64,000 nt of DNA from Polyangiaceae bacterium (GTDB taxonomy: Bacteria; Myxococcota_A; Polyangia; Polyangiales; Polyangiaceae): contig CBDCTZ010000016.1 of assembly GCA_965222375.1 (NCBI GenBank), forward strand, positions 3,328,001 through 3,392,000. Direction: 5' to 3'. The notes beneath the pieces were generated by a model. It was not told the origin of the DNA, searched no databases, and saw only the letters and a list, made by a program, of their open reading frames with translations. Position numbers and translations under genes: made by a program. This document shows positions 9,383 to 18,385 of this stretch, in pieces; positions within the stretch are counted from its first letter, which is position 1, and each line of letters opens with the position of its first letter.

Positions 9383-11242
9383 TCATTTTCGCGCCAATTC
9401 TTCACTGCCCAGGCTGGATGTGGCCGCGCCCATTTGAGCCCAGCGGCCCAGGATTTTGCCGTTCTTTCTGGTGTACACCACGACGCCGGTGCCGGGGGCG
9501 CCCCAGCCGACCACCAGTAGCTTGCCCTCCCGGATGCCAATGCCAGCGTACTGCTCGCGGGGCAGCGTCCATTTGACGTCGAACACGTCGCCCCGTGGGG
9601 TGATGGAGACCTTGCCCGTATAACCCTTGCGGGCCGTGGGGGAGTAGGAGCTGATAATGCGGTAGGTGCCTCGAAGCCCAGTCGGGCCTTCGAGTTCTTC
9701 GCGACCGATCACGCTGCTGCCCCCGGCCGTCGTCCATTCCCCCACGAGTCGCTTGCCGATAATGCGGTAGACGACGACTCCAAACGCTCGGTGTGCTGCG
9801 AAGCCCGCGCACACCACGCCGCTTTCGATCAATGCGACGCCGTTGTGAGTCGGTGTTTTGGGCACTATCCAGGACAGCGCCAGCTGTCGCGGTGCACGCT
9901 CCGTGATCAGCACCTCCCCGGTGTAGGCGCTGCCGCCGGGCGCACGCCCCCGGGCGATGTTGTAGCTTCCGACGAAACCGGTTTGAATCGCCGTCCCGAC
10001 TGGGGTCTCCGCGGTTGCCGTGGCTGGCGGTGGGGGTGGGGGAGGCAGCGACGCCGACCGCGTCTTGGATGGGCGCAGCGCCCAGAAGATGGCGCCGGCG
10101 ATCACCAGAACCCCGAGCACCAGCGCGGCGATCCCACCCAAGGCACCGATGCCCAAGGCCCAGCCTGCCGCGCTCGAGCCCGAGCGCTCGCCGCCCATAC
10201 TGCCCGCCATGATCGGGCTGGCGTACCCCGGAGGTGTTCGCGGTGCGTCGTTGACCGTCGGTGCCAAGGGAGTGGCCGCTCCCAGGCCGGGGCGGTTCCC
10301 CCCGAGGGAATCTCTTGAATCCGAGAAGTTCGGTACGGCGCGACGCAAGGCTTGGCGAAATTCTGCCGCGCTATGGAAGCGATCTGTCGCCTTCTTGGCT
10401 AGGGTCCGCTCGACCACGGCCTCGAGGGCCGGGGTGACGTCCGGGCGCACCTGACGGATCTGAGTTGGCTGTGCCTCCACGTGAGCTTTGAGGAGATCGT
10501 AGAGGGTCTCACCGTCGAAAGCTCGCTGCCGAGTCAGAGCCTCGTAGGTCAGCAGTCCCAAAGAGTAGACGTCGGACGGCGGACCCGCCTCGAGACCCAT
10601 GGCTTGCTCGGGCGACATGTAGTGGGGCGTGCCGACCAGCGCTCCGGTACGAGTCTCGACCTGCATGTTACTCACGTCCGGCGCGAGCTTCGCCACACCG
10701 AAGTCCAAGACCTTGACGCGTCCCGTCTGAGTGATGAACACGTTGTCCGGCTTCAGATCCCGGTGCACGATGCCCCGGGCGTGCGCAGCCTCCAGGGCGT
10801 CTGCGACGTCCGAGATCAGGCGCACCACGTCATCAATTGCGAGGGGTGGGCCGTTTTCGATCCGGGAGGACAGTGCTGCGCCCTCCAGGTACTCCATGAT
10901 GATGTAGGGGCGCCCGTCGGGCAGCACGTCGAGGTCGATGATACTGACGATGTTTTCGTGACGGATCACGTTGACGGCGCGCGCTTCGGCGAAGAACCGG
11001 TCTACGATCGAGCGGCTCATGGCCGTATCGTGCAGAACCTTGATCGCGACCCGGCTGTGAATACTGGGTTGAACCCCCAAATAGACCTCACCCATCCCCC
11101 CGCGGCCGATGCTGCGAGCAACCCGGTAGCGGCCGACGGTCGTGCCCAGCAGCGGGTCGTCGCTCGAAGCCATCGCCGCGCCGTCCTCGGTGCAGAAACC
11201 GGACGCGCTGCTGCTCAGACCGCATTCAGGGCAAACAAACAC
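9383..11242 (-). CDS. membrane Ser/Thr protein kinase with N-terminal Zn-ribbon and extracytoplasmic beta-domain
   Basis: CPEC..C N-terminus, GRGGMG, VAIK, HRDLKPDN, DFG, GTPHYMSPEQ; TM helix; duplicated G(S/T)Y.I...YTG.V.IT module. Confidence 0.93.
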   Translation of the reverse strand: MFVCPECGLSSSASGFCTEDGAAMASSDDPLLGTTVGRYRVARSIGRGGMGEVYLGVQPSIHSRVAIKVLHDTAMSRSIVDRFFAEARAVNVIRHENIVSIIDLDVLPDGRPYIIMEYLEGAALSSRIENGPPLAIDDVVRLISDVADALEAAHARGIVHRDLKPDNVFITQTGRVKVLDFGVAKLAPDVSNMQVETRTGALVGTPHYMSPEQAMGLEAGPPSDVYSLGLLTYEALTRQRAFDGETLYDLLKAHVEAQPTQIRQVRPDVTPALEAVVERTLAKKATDRFHSAAEFRQALRRAVPNFSDSRDSLGGNRPGLGAATPLAPTVNDAPRTPPGYASPIMAGSMGGERSGSSAAGWALGIGALGGIAALVLGVLVIAGAIFWALRPSKTRSASLPPPPPPPATATAETPVGTAIQTGFVGSYNIARGRAPGGSAYTGEVLITERAPRQLALSWIVPKTPTHNGVALIESGVVCAGFAAHRAFGVVVYRIIGKRLVGEWTTAGGSSVIGREELEGPTGLRGTYRIISSYSPTARKGYTGKVSITPRGDVFDVKWTLPREQYAGIGIREGKLLVVGWGAPGTGVVVYTRKNGKILGRWAQMGAATSSLGSEELARK

Positions 11243-11499
11243 CGTATCTGTCTCATCCTGAACGCTCCCAAGGCCGTCGTAAACCCACGACCGTCAGTCA
11301 GGCCGCAGCCCTAGTCGTTTTGGGCTTTCGAGGCCTCGAGGATCACTGCGGTCTCGCAGGCCGCGCGCATGGCTTAGACGAACCGCTCTTCGCGCTTCAA
11401 GAGTGCGACACTGGAACACTCGCTGAAGAAACGGGTGTGCTCGGCGCAGCGCAGGCTACGAGCAGCGGCAGACCGAGCCACGGAGCGCTGCGCCGGGCC

Positions 11500-11847
11500 T
11501 CAAGTCCCACCCGCGTCCCAAATTCGTTCGAGCACTGCGGCGCAGCCCTCTGCCATTCCGTCGTTGCACATGGCCAGCATGGCGCCGTCGGTGGCCGGGC
11601 CGATTCGAATCGTGCCTTCGTCCCTTTCCGGATCTGGCTTGCCCTTCGGGCATCGGATCTCGATTTCTCCTGACGAGTCCGGGGCCGAAGCCGAGCATCC
11701 GAGTTTCGTCGCGCCTTGCTGCAGGTGGGCAGTGCTGTCCGCGCCGCCCTGCCACGGCGTTTCGACCATTTTGAAGGTCGCACCCCCACCGCAGGCCGCC
11801 AAACACAGTGCCCAGCCCCACAGCGTGAACGTCACTTTGATCCGCAT
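11500..11847 (-). CDS. small putative lipoprotein
   Basis: MRIKVTFTLWGWALCLAAC lipobox; four further Cys. Confidence 0.6.
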   Translation of the reverse strand: MRIKVTFTLWGWALCLAACGGGATFKMVETPWQGGADSTAHLQQGATKLGCSASAPDSSGEIEIRCPKGKPDPERDEGTIRIGPATDGAMLAMCNDGMAEGCAAVLERIWDAGGT

Positions 11848-11942
11848 GCTGATGTGGATACCAGAGTTGTCCCGGCTGAGCGCGCGAATTTTGCGGACTT
11901 CGCCGGTCGCCCCGGCGCCGGCACGCTGATACACCGAAGCGT

Positions 11943-14045
11943 ATGTCCACTCAGGAGCAGGACGATGCGACGGATGCCGTGTGGCAACGCTTTCGAGCCA
12001 GCCAGCACAGCGTAGTCATCGGAAAATTGGGTACCGTACCCACAGATCTGGAGCGCCGCGTCGTTCGCGTGGACTGCAGCGCAATCCCGGCCACCCTGGG
12101 ACCTCTGCTCGAGGCTCGGCGCCGTGTCGAGCAATTGCTCCAACGTCAGGAACGCCCGTTGTTCGACTCCGCCGCGGATCAGCTGCGAGCGGCACTACGC
12201 AGACGGTTGCTTGGGGATGCGCCCGAGTCCGAGCGGGGTGGCGTCTTCATTGCGACCTACAACCGCCTCGCTAGTGAGGGAGATGGCGGGCTGGTGTTCG
12301 ACGCCATCGAAGACGCCGATGCAGCCACCGTGCAGTGGTTGAGCGACGTGTTGGCTCGGAAAGGTTGGTTGCGAGCGCCGGTCGTTATCGTGCACCGAAG
12401 TGCGCAGCCGCAGGGTGACGCATTGCGGTTGATGGAGATCGTCCGGGAGTTCTATGGAACGGATGCGATCGTGAGCGCTCCGGGCGTGGACGGACCAGCA
12501 GGCGAACCCGAATGGTCCGCGGACGTGTTGGAACGGCTGCCGTCGGGCGCGTTGCGCGTGCTCCGCGCCGCGTCGATGGAAGGAGCGTTGTTCGACGCAG
12601 GAATAGTCGCAGAATTGCTTGCCGCCGACGAAATCGAAGTCTTGGAGCAACTGCAGCTTGCTCGGGACGAAGGCGTTCCCATCGCAGATCTCGGACGTGG
12701 GCGGTTCCGTCTCCCGACCGCTGCCGCGGAAGAGTTGATGGCAGGCACGTTGCCATCTCTGGCCGAGGCATGGCACCGGCGCTTGGCGCGGATCCTAGGT
12801 GACCCAGCGGCTCCCTCTATCGCCGCCCCCGCAATCAAACCGCCGGACGAAGACGAGGATTCCACCAAGGCCATGCCGGCCGGTCCCGAGACCCCAACTA
12901 CCCGTCTGGGCCGGCGACTCAGGGAAGATCCTGCCAAGGCCGCACAGCATGCCTCCGCAGCTGGGGAGTCGGACGTTGCAGCAGAGCAATATGTTGCGGC
13001 AGCGGACCGCGCTGCCGCAATGGGCGCGTACCAGGATGCCTTCACCCTCACCAAGAACGCTCTCGAGCTCCTCCACGCCCAGCCGGTCACGGGCCATCGG
13101 CGCCTATTGCGCGTACGCGCGCTGACGACGCTGGCGCGTATCCAGTGGCAGACAGTGGGGCCGAGCGAGTTGTTTTCTCTTCCCGCTGCGCTCTCGTCGC
13201 TGGAGGAAGCTCGGGAGCTGCTCGTCGAGGACGACCCCGTCACCGTGCGCGCCGAGCTCGGATCGTTGATCGGAAGCATCTGCTACGACATCGGCTCGAA
13301 GGATGCGTTGGAGCGGGCGCTGACTGAACTCAGCACCACCAGCCGCGAATTGCTCGACGCGGATGAACCCGTGTCTGCGGCTCGCTTGCTCAATGATGAG
13401 GCAGCCGTGTGGGTCCGCTTGGGGGATGTAGTGCGCGCCAACCACCTGCTCAAGAAGTCCCGTGAGATCTTCGCTCGGCTCACTCCCGAGAGCGAGGTTG
13501 CACGACAAGAGCTCGCGGAGACGGATCACCTATTGGCACGCTTGATTCTCCACACGGCCGCCAAGCCCGGGCGAGAGGAGGACGCGGTCCAGGTGGGCGT
13601 CGAGCATGCTCTGGCCGCGGAAGAAGCCTACCGAAGCCTTTCCCGACCTCGGGAGCTGGCGCGGGTATGGGAAACCCTCGGCCGATTGGAAATGTCTCGG
13701 GGTCGCACGGAGGCGGCGATCGAGCATCTGGAGGCGGCAGCAAGGGCTCAGCAGCAGATCGGCGACGTGCTCGGCCTAGCCCGCACGACTGCGGCGCTTT
13801 CGGATCTCCTGGCCAACGCTGGGCGGACCCGCGAAGCCCTGGGACTGCTCGGGGAATCCATCGCCTTCAACCTGGACAAGGGGTCTCCTCTTGGTTTGGC
13901 CTTCAATCGGGCGGCGCTAGATGGGCTCGAGGGCGAGGTCGGGGCGGGTGACTCCAAACAGGCCCAGTTCTTGGCTACCCTGCGCAGTCGTGTGGCCGCC
14001 GGCGAGAAGATCCTGGGGCGCGCCGAACCGCCGCCCCATGGTTGA
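11943..14045 (+). CDS. TPR-repeat protein with degenerate STAND/AAA-like N-terminus
   Basis: LVFDAIEDAD Walker-B-like motif without clear Walker A; C-terminal TPR-like helices. Confidence 0.6.
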   Translation: MSTQEQDDATDAVWQRFRASQHSVVIGKLGTVPTDLERRVVRVDCSAIPATLGPLLEARRRVEQLLQRQERPLFDSAADQLRAALRRRLLGDAPESERGGVFIATYNRLASEGDGGLVFDAIEDADAATVQWLSDVLARKGWLRAPVVIVHRSAQPQGDALRLMEIVREFYGTDAIVSAPGVDGPAGEPEWSADVLERLPSGALRVLRAASMEGALFDAGIVAELLAADEIEVLEQLQLARDEGVPIADLGRGRFRLPTAAAEELMAGTLPSLAEAWHRRLARILGDPAAPSIAAPAIKPPDEDEDSTKAMPAGPETPTTRLGRRLREDPAKAAQHASAAGESDVAAEQYVAAADRAAAMGAYQDAFTLTKNALELLHAQPVTGHRRLLRVRALTTLARIQWQTVGPSELFSLPAALSSLEEARELLVEDDPVTVRAELGSLIGSICYDIGSKDALERALTELSTTSRELLDADEPVSAARLLNDEAAVWVRLGDVVRANHLLKKSREIFARLTPESEVARQELAETDHLLARLILHTAAKPGREEDAVQVGVEHALAAEEAYRSLSRPRELARVWETLGRLEMSRGRTEAAIEHLEAAARAQQQIGDVLGLARTTAALSDLLANAGRTREALGLLGESIAFNLDKGSPLGLAFNRAALDGLEGEVGAGDSKQAQFLATLRSRVAAGEKILGRAEPPPHG

Positions 14046-14141
14046 CGCTGGGCCCCGGGAATTTCGCCGATGGATCAAGATCTCCGCGGAAATAGCCGGG
14101 GATTTGACCGTTTCGGCGTGGGTAGGTACGACTGAGCGCTC

Positions 14142-16637
14142 ATGCGCGCGTTGCGGTCCCTAGTGTGCTGTTTTGCGATTGCGGCGACGTCGCAGGTCGC
14201 TGCTGCCGCACCGAAGAAAGCACAGTCCGCCAAGAGCGCGCCAAAAAAGAGTGAGTCGAAAAAGGCGGAGCCAAAGAAGCGCCAGACCAAGAAGGGTGCC
14301 GCCGCCAAGAGCAGCTCCAAGAAGCGCGCGTCCGCCAAGACGGACTCGAAAAAGACCAAGGCGAGCAAGAGCGCTTCCAATAACGGTGCGGCCAAAGCCA
14401 GTCGCAGCACGAAGGCGCCGTCCAAAAGCAGCGGTGCACGCTCCAAGCAAAAGCGAGATGCCGACGACAAGCGCAGCAGCAAGGCGTCCAGAGCCCGGGA
14501 GATGCGCAAGAAGGCCGCGTCTTCGATGCTCGCCGACGAGCCCACGGCGAGAGTTGGGCCCGGCGCCGGTTCAGGGAGCCGCAGCGTTTCGAAGACCAAA
14601 CCCAAGACGAAGGCAAAACCCTCCGCCGCGGGCGAAACGCCCAAGAGCAAAGCTGCAGAACCGGGGCCTGCCAAAGAGGCCAAGAAGGACAAACCCAAGA
14701 GCCACCGCAAAGGCCGCCGTCCCAGGAAACCCAAGGCGACCTTGCCCAAAGGGGTCGAGCGCCCCACTCCGAACCCGACCGTTCGGCGTGCTATCGCTGG
14801 TGGCAAAACGCTGTCGGATCTCCGTGGCAAGCCGGCGGATCCCGAGCTGGAAGCACTGCGCGCCGCAGATCGGGTCTTGTTCCCCAAGCCGCTCTACGGC
14901 TTGCAGCCGGGTTGGGCCTGGAGCAGCGCCGTGCCGCAAGTGCCGAAAGGGCCCGAGGTCGTTGCATCCGGGTTGCCTGTCGCCGCGCGAATAGCCCCCA
15001 AAACCAGAAAGGGCGAGCAGATCGCGACGGCCAAGTGGCTACGCACCTTGACCATGCCGAACTTGCCCGTGCGCATGGAATCTCGGGTCGTGCGCTACTT
15101 GAAGTTCTATCGAGACAACAAGCGTGGTCGAACCATCGCGCGGATCTGGGCCAAGAAGAGTGGACGCTTCGCGCCGGCCCTCAAGGCCGAGCTCGCCAAG
15201 GCTGGCCTGCCGACGGATCTGGTCTGGCTCAGCTTGATTGAGAGCGGACACAATCCCAACATCCACTCCGTGGCCGGAGCTGCGGGCTTGTGGCAGTTCA
15301 TGCCCGATTCCGGCCGCATGTATGGCCTGGTCGTGGATCGCTGGGTCGACGAGCGTCTGGACCCGAAGCGCAGCACTGGGGCCGCTATCGCGTACCTATC
15401 CGATCTGTACCGCCGCTTCGGCAATTGGGAGCTGGCCATGGCCGGCTACAACATGGGCCACGGTGGCCTCAGCCGCGCGATCAAGAAGTTCAATACCAAC
15501 GACTACTGGGAGCTGTCGAAGCACGAGGCCGGGATCCCCTGGGAGACGACGCTGTACGTGCCGAAGATTTTCGCGATCGCCATCGTGATGAACAACAAGC
15601 GGGCCTTCGGTATCGCCGATGTGCGCCCGGCGGCGCCGGAGCGGTTCGAGTCCGTGCGCGTGCCCGCGGGTACGCCGATCAAGGAGGTTGCTCGCGCGGC
15701 TCGGGTGCCTGCCTCCACGATCCGCCAGCTCAATCCACAATTGCTCTCAGGCCGTGTGCCGCCGAAGAAGCCCGGGCAGTCGCACAAGGCGTTCTTTGTC
15801 CGAGTTCCCGCGGCAATGGCCGTCAGCGCGAGCCGCCGCCTAGCCAAGACTTCCGGGACGACGCTCAAGCCCTACATTGCGAAGCTGGGCGACACCCAGG
15901 ACTCGGTCGCTCAGACGACGGCGACGTCCACCACCCAACTCAAGCGCATCAACGGCTTGCGTTCCGGCGAAACTCTGGCGGCGGGGAGCGTGCTTTTGGT
16001 GCCCAATCGGCGCCGAGCTGCTGCAGTTCGGGCGCCCGAGGCCGTGGTCGTCCCGAACGTCAAGGTGCGCTATCCGGATCGCGAACGCGTGTTTCTACTC
16101 GTTCGCAAGGGCGATACCCTCGCGCAGATCGCTCGCGCGCTGGGCGTCAGCTCGTCGGAGCTCCAACGTTGGAACTCCCTGGACCCAACCGCACGCTTGC
16201 ATCGCGGAATGACGATTCAGGCTTGGGTCAAGAAGGGCAGCGCCGTCCAGGCTCGCGTCTTTCGGCCACACCAGACGAAGGTCTTGGTCGCTGGCACGCC
16301 CGAGTTCATCGAGCACTTCGAGGCCCGCCGAGGCAAGACCCGAATGGTCGTCAAGGCCCGTCGTGGCGAGACGCTGGCTCGGATCGGGAAGCGCTACGGT
16401 GTTAGCTCGGGCTGGATGGAGCGAATCAACCGTCGATCCCGGCGCGAGAAACTCAAAGCTGGCGACGAGGTAGTCGTGTACGTGCGCCAGAGCAAAGCGA
16501 TTGCCGCCTCCACGTCAGCAGAGTCTCGACGGCCTCAGCCGCTGCCGCCCGTGGCAGCGCCAGCGCCAGAAGGTTTGCCGGGATTGCCCCAGAGTCCGAG
16601 CGCGGCGTCTCCAGGCGCGAAGCCCGTCGACGGCTGA
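14142..16637 (+). CDS. MltD-like lytic transglycosylase with LysM domains and Lys-rich N-terminal extension
   Basis: IESG catalytic motif, AGLWQFM, AGYNMG, ETTLYVPK; several LysM repeats (GDTLAQIA, GETLARIG). Confidence 0.9.
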   Translation: MRALRSLVCCFAIAATSQVAAAAPKKAQSAKSAPKKSESKKAEPKKRQTKKGAAAKSSSKKRASAKTDSKKTKASKSASNNGAAKASRSTKAPSKSSGARSKQKRDADDKRSSKASRAREMRKKAASSMLADEPTARVGPGAGSGSRSVSKTKPKTKAKPSAAGETPKSKAAEPGPAKEAKKDKPKSHRKGRRPRKPKATLPKGVERPTPNPTVRRAIAGGKTLSDLRGKPADPELEALRAADRVLFPKPLYGLQPGWAWSSAVPQVPKGPEVVASGLPVAARIAPKTRKGEQIATAKWLRTLTMPNLPVRMESRVVRYLKFYRDNKRGRTIARIWAKKSGRFAPALKAELAKAGLPTDLVWLSLIESGHNPNIHSVAGAAGLWQFMPDSGRMYGLVVDRWVDERLDPKRSTGAAIAYLSDLYRRFGNWELAMAGYNMGHGGLSRAIKKFNTNDYWELSKHEAGIPWETTLYVPKIFAIAIVMNNKRAFGIADVRPAAPERFESVRVPAGTPIKEVARAARVPASTIRQLNPQLLSGRVPPKKPGQSHKAFFVRVPAAMAVSASRRLAKTSGTTLKPYIAKLGDTQDSVAQTTATSTTQLKRINGLRSGETLAAGSVLLVPNRRRAAAVRAPEAVVVPNVKVRYPDRERVFLLVRKGDTLAQIARALGVSSSELQRWNSLDPTARLHRGMTIQAWVKKGSAVQARVFRPHQTKVLVAGTPEFIEHFEARRGKTRMVVKARRGETLARIGKRYGVSSGWMERINRRSRREKLKAGDEVVVYVRQSKAIAASTSAESRRPQPLPPVAAPAPEGLPGLPQSPSAASPGAKPVDG

Positions 16638-16666
16638 GAGGTGACTTCGAGGCGGCGCGCCTCGGC

Positions 16667-18328
16667 CTACTTCTTCTTTTTCTTCTTCTTGTCTTCGACC
16701 GGATCTGTCTTGTCGAGATCTTCGAAGGCCTCTTCAAAACCTTCGTCGTCGTTCTTGGCGTCAGCCGCTTTGGGCTTCGGGTCCTCTTTTGCCGGCTTTG
16801 CTTTTGGCTTTGGCGTGGGCGGAGCGGAGCCCGGTCGCGTGATCGGCTCCGCGGGCGAGTCGAACTGATACGCCAGGCCCATGCCGATCACATTGGCGCT
16901 GGCGGAATATGACCCGCCATTGATGTAGTTGGGGAACTGGGGCGGATTCGAGAGCACCGGATTGACCTGACGTACGCGCTGATCCTCCGGCTCGACCTTG
17001 ACGCTTGCGGTGAACACCCGCGCAAACACAGCGTCGAAGCGCCACTTGCCGATGTGCAGGCCACCTCCGATGCTGGCCACGACCTTGTCCAAGTCGATGG
17101 TCGCCGCGGACAGGTACTCGGTGGGGATGGCGCTGCGCTCGGCCATCAGCCCGCCGCGCAGTACCATGCGGTAGCTACCCGCTTCGAAGCCGAACTCGGT
17201 GCCGAGGCGTCCCGAGTAGCTGTCTTGGAATCCGCGGTCGATGGAGATCGGCGCCAGCTTGTACTCCCGAGGAAAGCCCGCGACGTTCACCAGGCTGACG
17301 TCGGGCTCAACGCGGATCTCGTCGTGCATGCTCCAAGTTTCGTAGCCGACGCCGGCCTCGATGCGCAGGGCGTCTGCAGGTCGGAACTCGATTCCACCGC
17401 GGATGATCCACGGCAGCTTGAACTTCACGGTGGCGCTATCCCCGTCGACGCTCGCGTTGTCGAAGACCGCGGCGCTGGCCAGCCGGACGTCTTGAGTCGC
17501 GTGGGAGTTGACGAAGAAGGGCAGGTGAACCGAGGCGCCGATGCGCACCGCGTCACTCGGTTTGAAGATGGCGCCCAAAATCCCGGATGGTGCGAAGATC
17601 GGCCCCACCCGCAGCTGGGCGGCGGTGTCGTATTCCGGCTGCTCCGGAGCGCACAAGAAGCGCTCCGGCACGCAAGCGCTGAAGTAGACGCTGGTCTGGA
17701 AGTAGCCGGTGAGCATTTCTACACCCGCACCGAAGGCAAATTCCTCGCTTGCGCGATACGAGGCGTACACGCCCGGAATGGCCAAGGCGGACCCGTCCAA
17801 GGAGATGATTGAGTAGCGTTGAGGGGCCGGCTGCCCTTTCACCTCTTCTGGGAAGCTGGTGATGGCGGAGTAGGGCGCCCACAAGGCCAGAGCGAAGTTG
17901 AAGTCTTCGCTGCCCAAGGGGTCTGCATAGGCGATGGTCGGGATCGGCAGCACCGGAGTGGTGCCTTCGACGGGCGCAAACGTTTGCCTCCATTGTTGAC
18001 CCGTTGGTTGCCCCGTATTCGGGTCCACCTGGCGTACGATGGTTTCGCGCTGGTACGTGGCGGTGTACTGCAACCAGGATGCGTCGAAGAGAAACTGGTT
18101 GCCCGTGAACGCGAGCCCGGCGGGGTTGTACGCAACGCTGCCAGCGTCGTCGGCCCCGGCAATGAACGCACCGCCCCGCCCCAGAGGTCGCACGCCGCGA
18201 TCCGTGAAATAGAGCCCACCCGCGTGGGCGGCCGTACTGACCAGGAGCAGGGGTGCGCACAACCCGGTGGCAAGCCAGGTCTTGGGTTTGCGGCGCGTCG
18301 TTTCCAAAAGGCGGGAGCGCTTCAGCAT
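16667..18328 (-). CDS. FadL/OmpP1-family outer-membrane transporter
   Basis: signal peptide, AGG..., GRGGAFIAGADD, YNPAGL hatch motif, beta-barrel pattern. Confidence 0.85.
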   Translation of the reverse strand: MLKRSRLLETTRRKPKTWLATGLCAPLLLVSTAAHAGGLYFTDRGVRPLGRGGAFIAGADDAGSVAYNPAGLAFTGNQFLFDASWLQYTATYQRETIVRQVDPNTGQPTGQQWRQTFAPVEGTTPVLPIPTIAYADPLGSEDFNFALALWAPYSAITSFPEEVKGQPAPQRYSIISLDGSALAIPGVYASYRASEEFAFGAGVEMLTGYFQTSVYFSACVPERFLCAPEQPEYDTAAQLRVGPIFAPSGILGAIFKPSDAVRIGASVHLPFFVNSHATQDVRLASAAVFDNASVDGDSATVKFKLPWIIRGGIEFRPADALRIEAGVGYETWSMHDEIRVEPDVSLVNVAGFPREYKLAPISIDRGFQDSYSGRLGTEFGFEAGSYRMVLRGGLMAERSAIPTEYLSAATIDLDKVVASIGGGLHIGKWRFDAVFARVFTASVKVEPEDQRVRQVNPVLSNPPQFPNYINGGSYSASANVIGMGLAYQFDSPAEPITRPGSAPPTPKPKAKPAKEDPKPKAADAKNDDEGFEEAFEDLDKTDPVEDKKKKKKK

Positions 18329-18385
18329 CGTTTGGCGGGGAGCGAGGGAGGAGAGGGAGCGGTGGATTGAGGCCAGGGCGGCGTT

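Noticed and set aside
11397..11500. LLVAC-containing ORF end with TGA as a possible second selenoprotein
   Set aside because: No redox motif, no plausible start, and no meaningful read-through sequence
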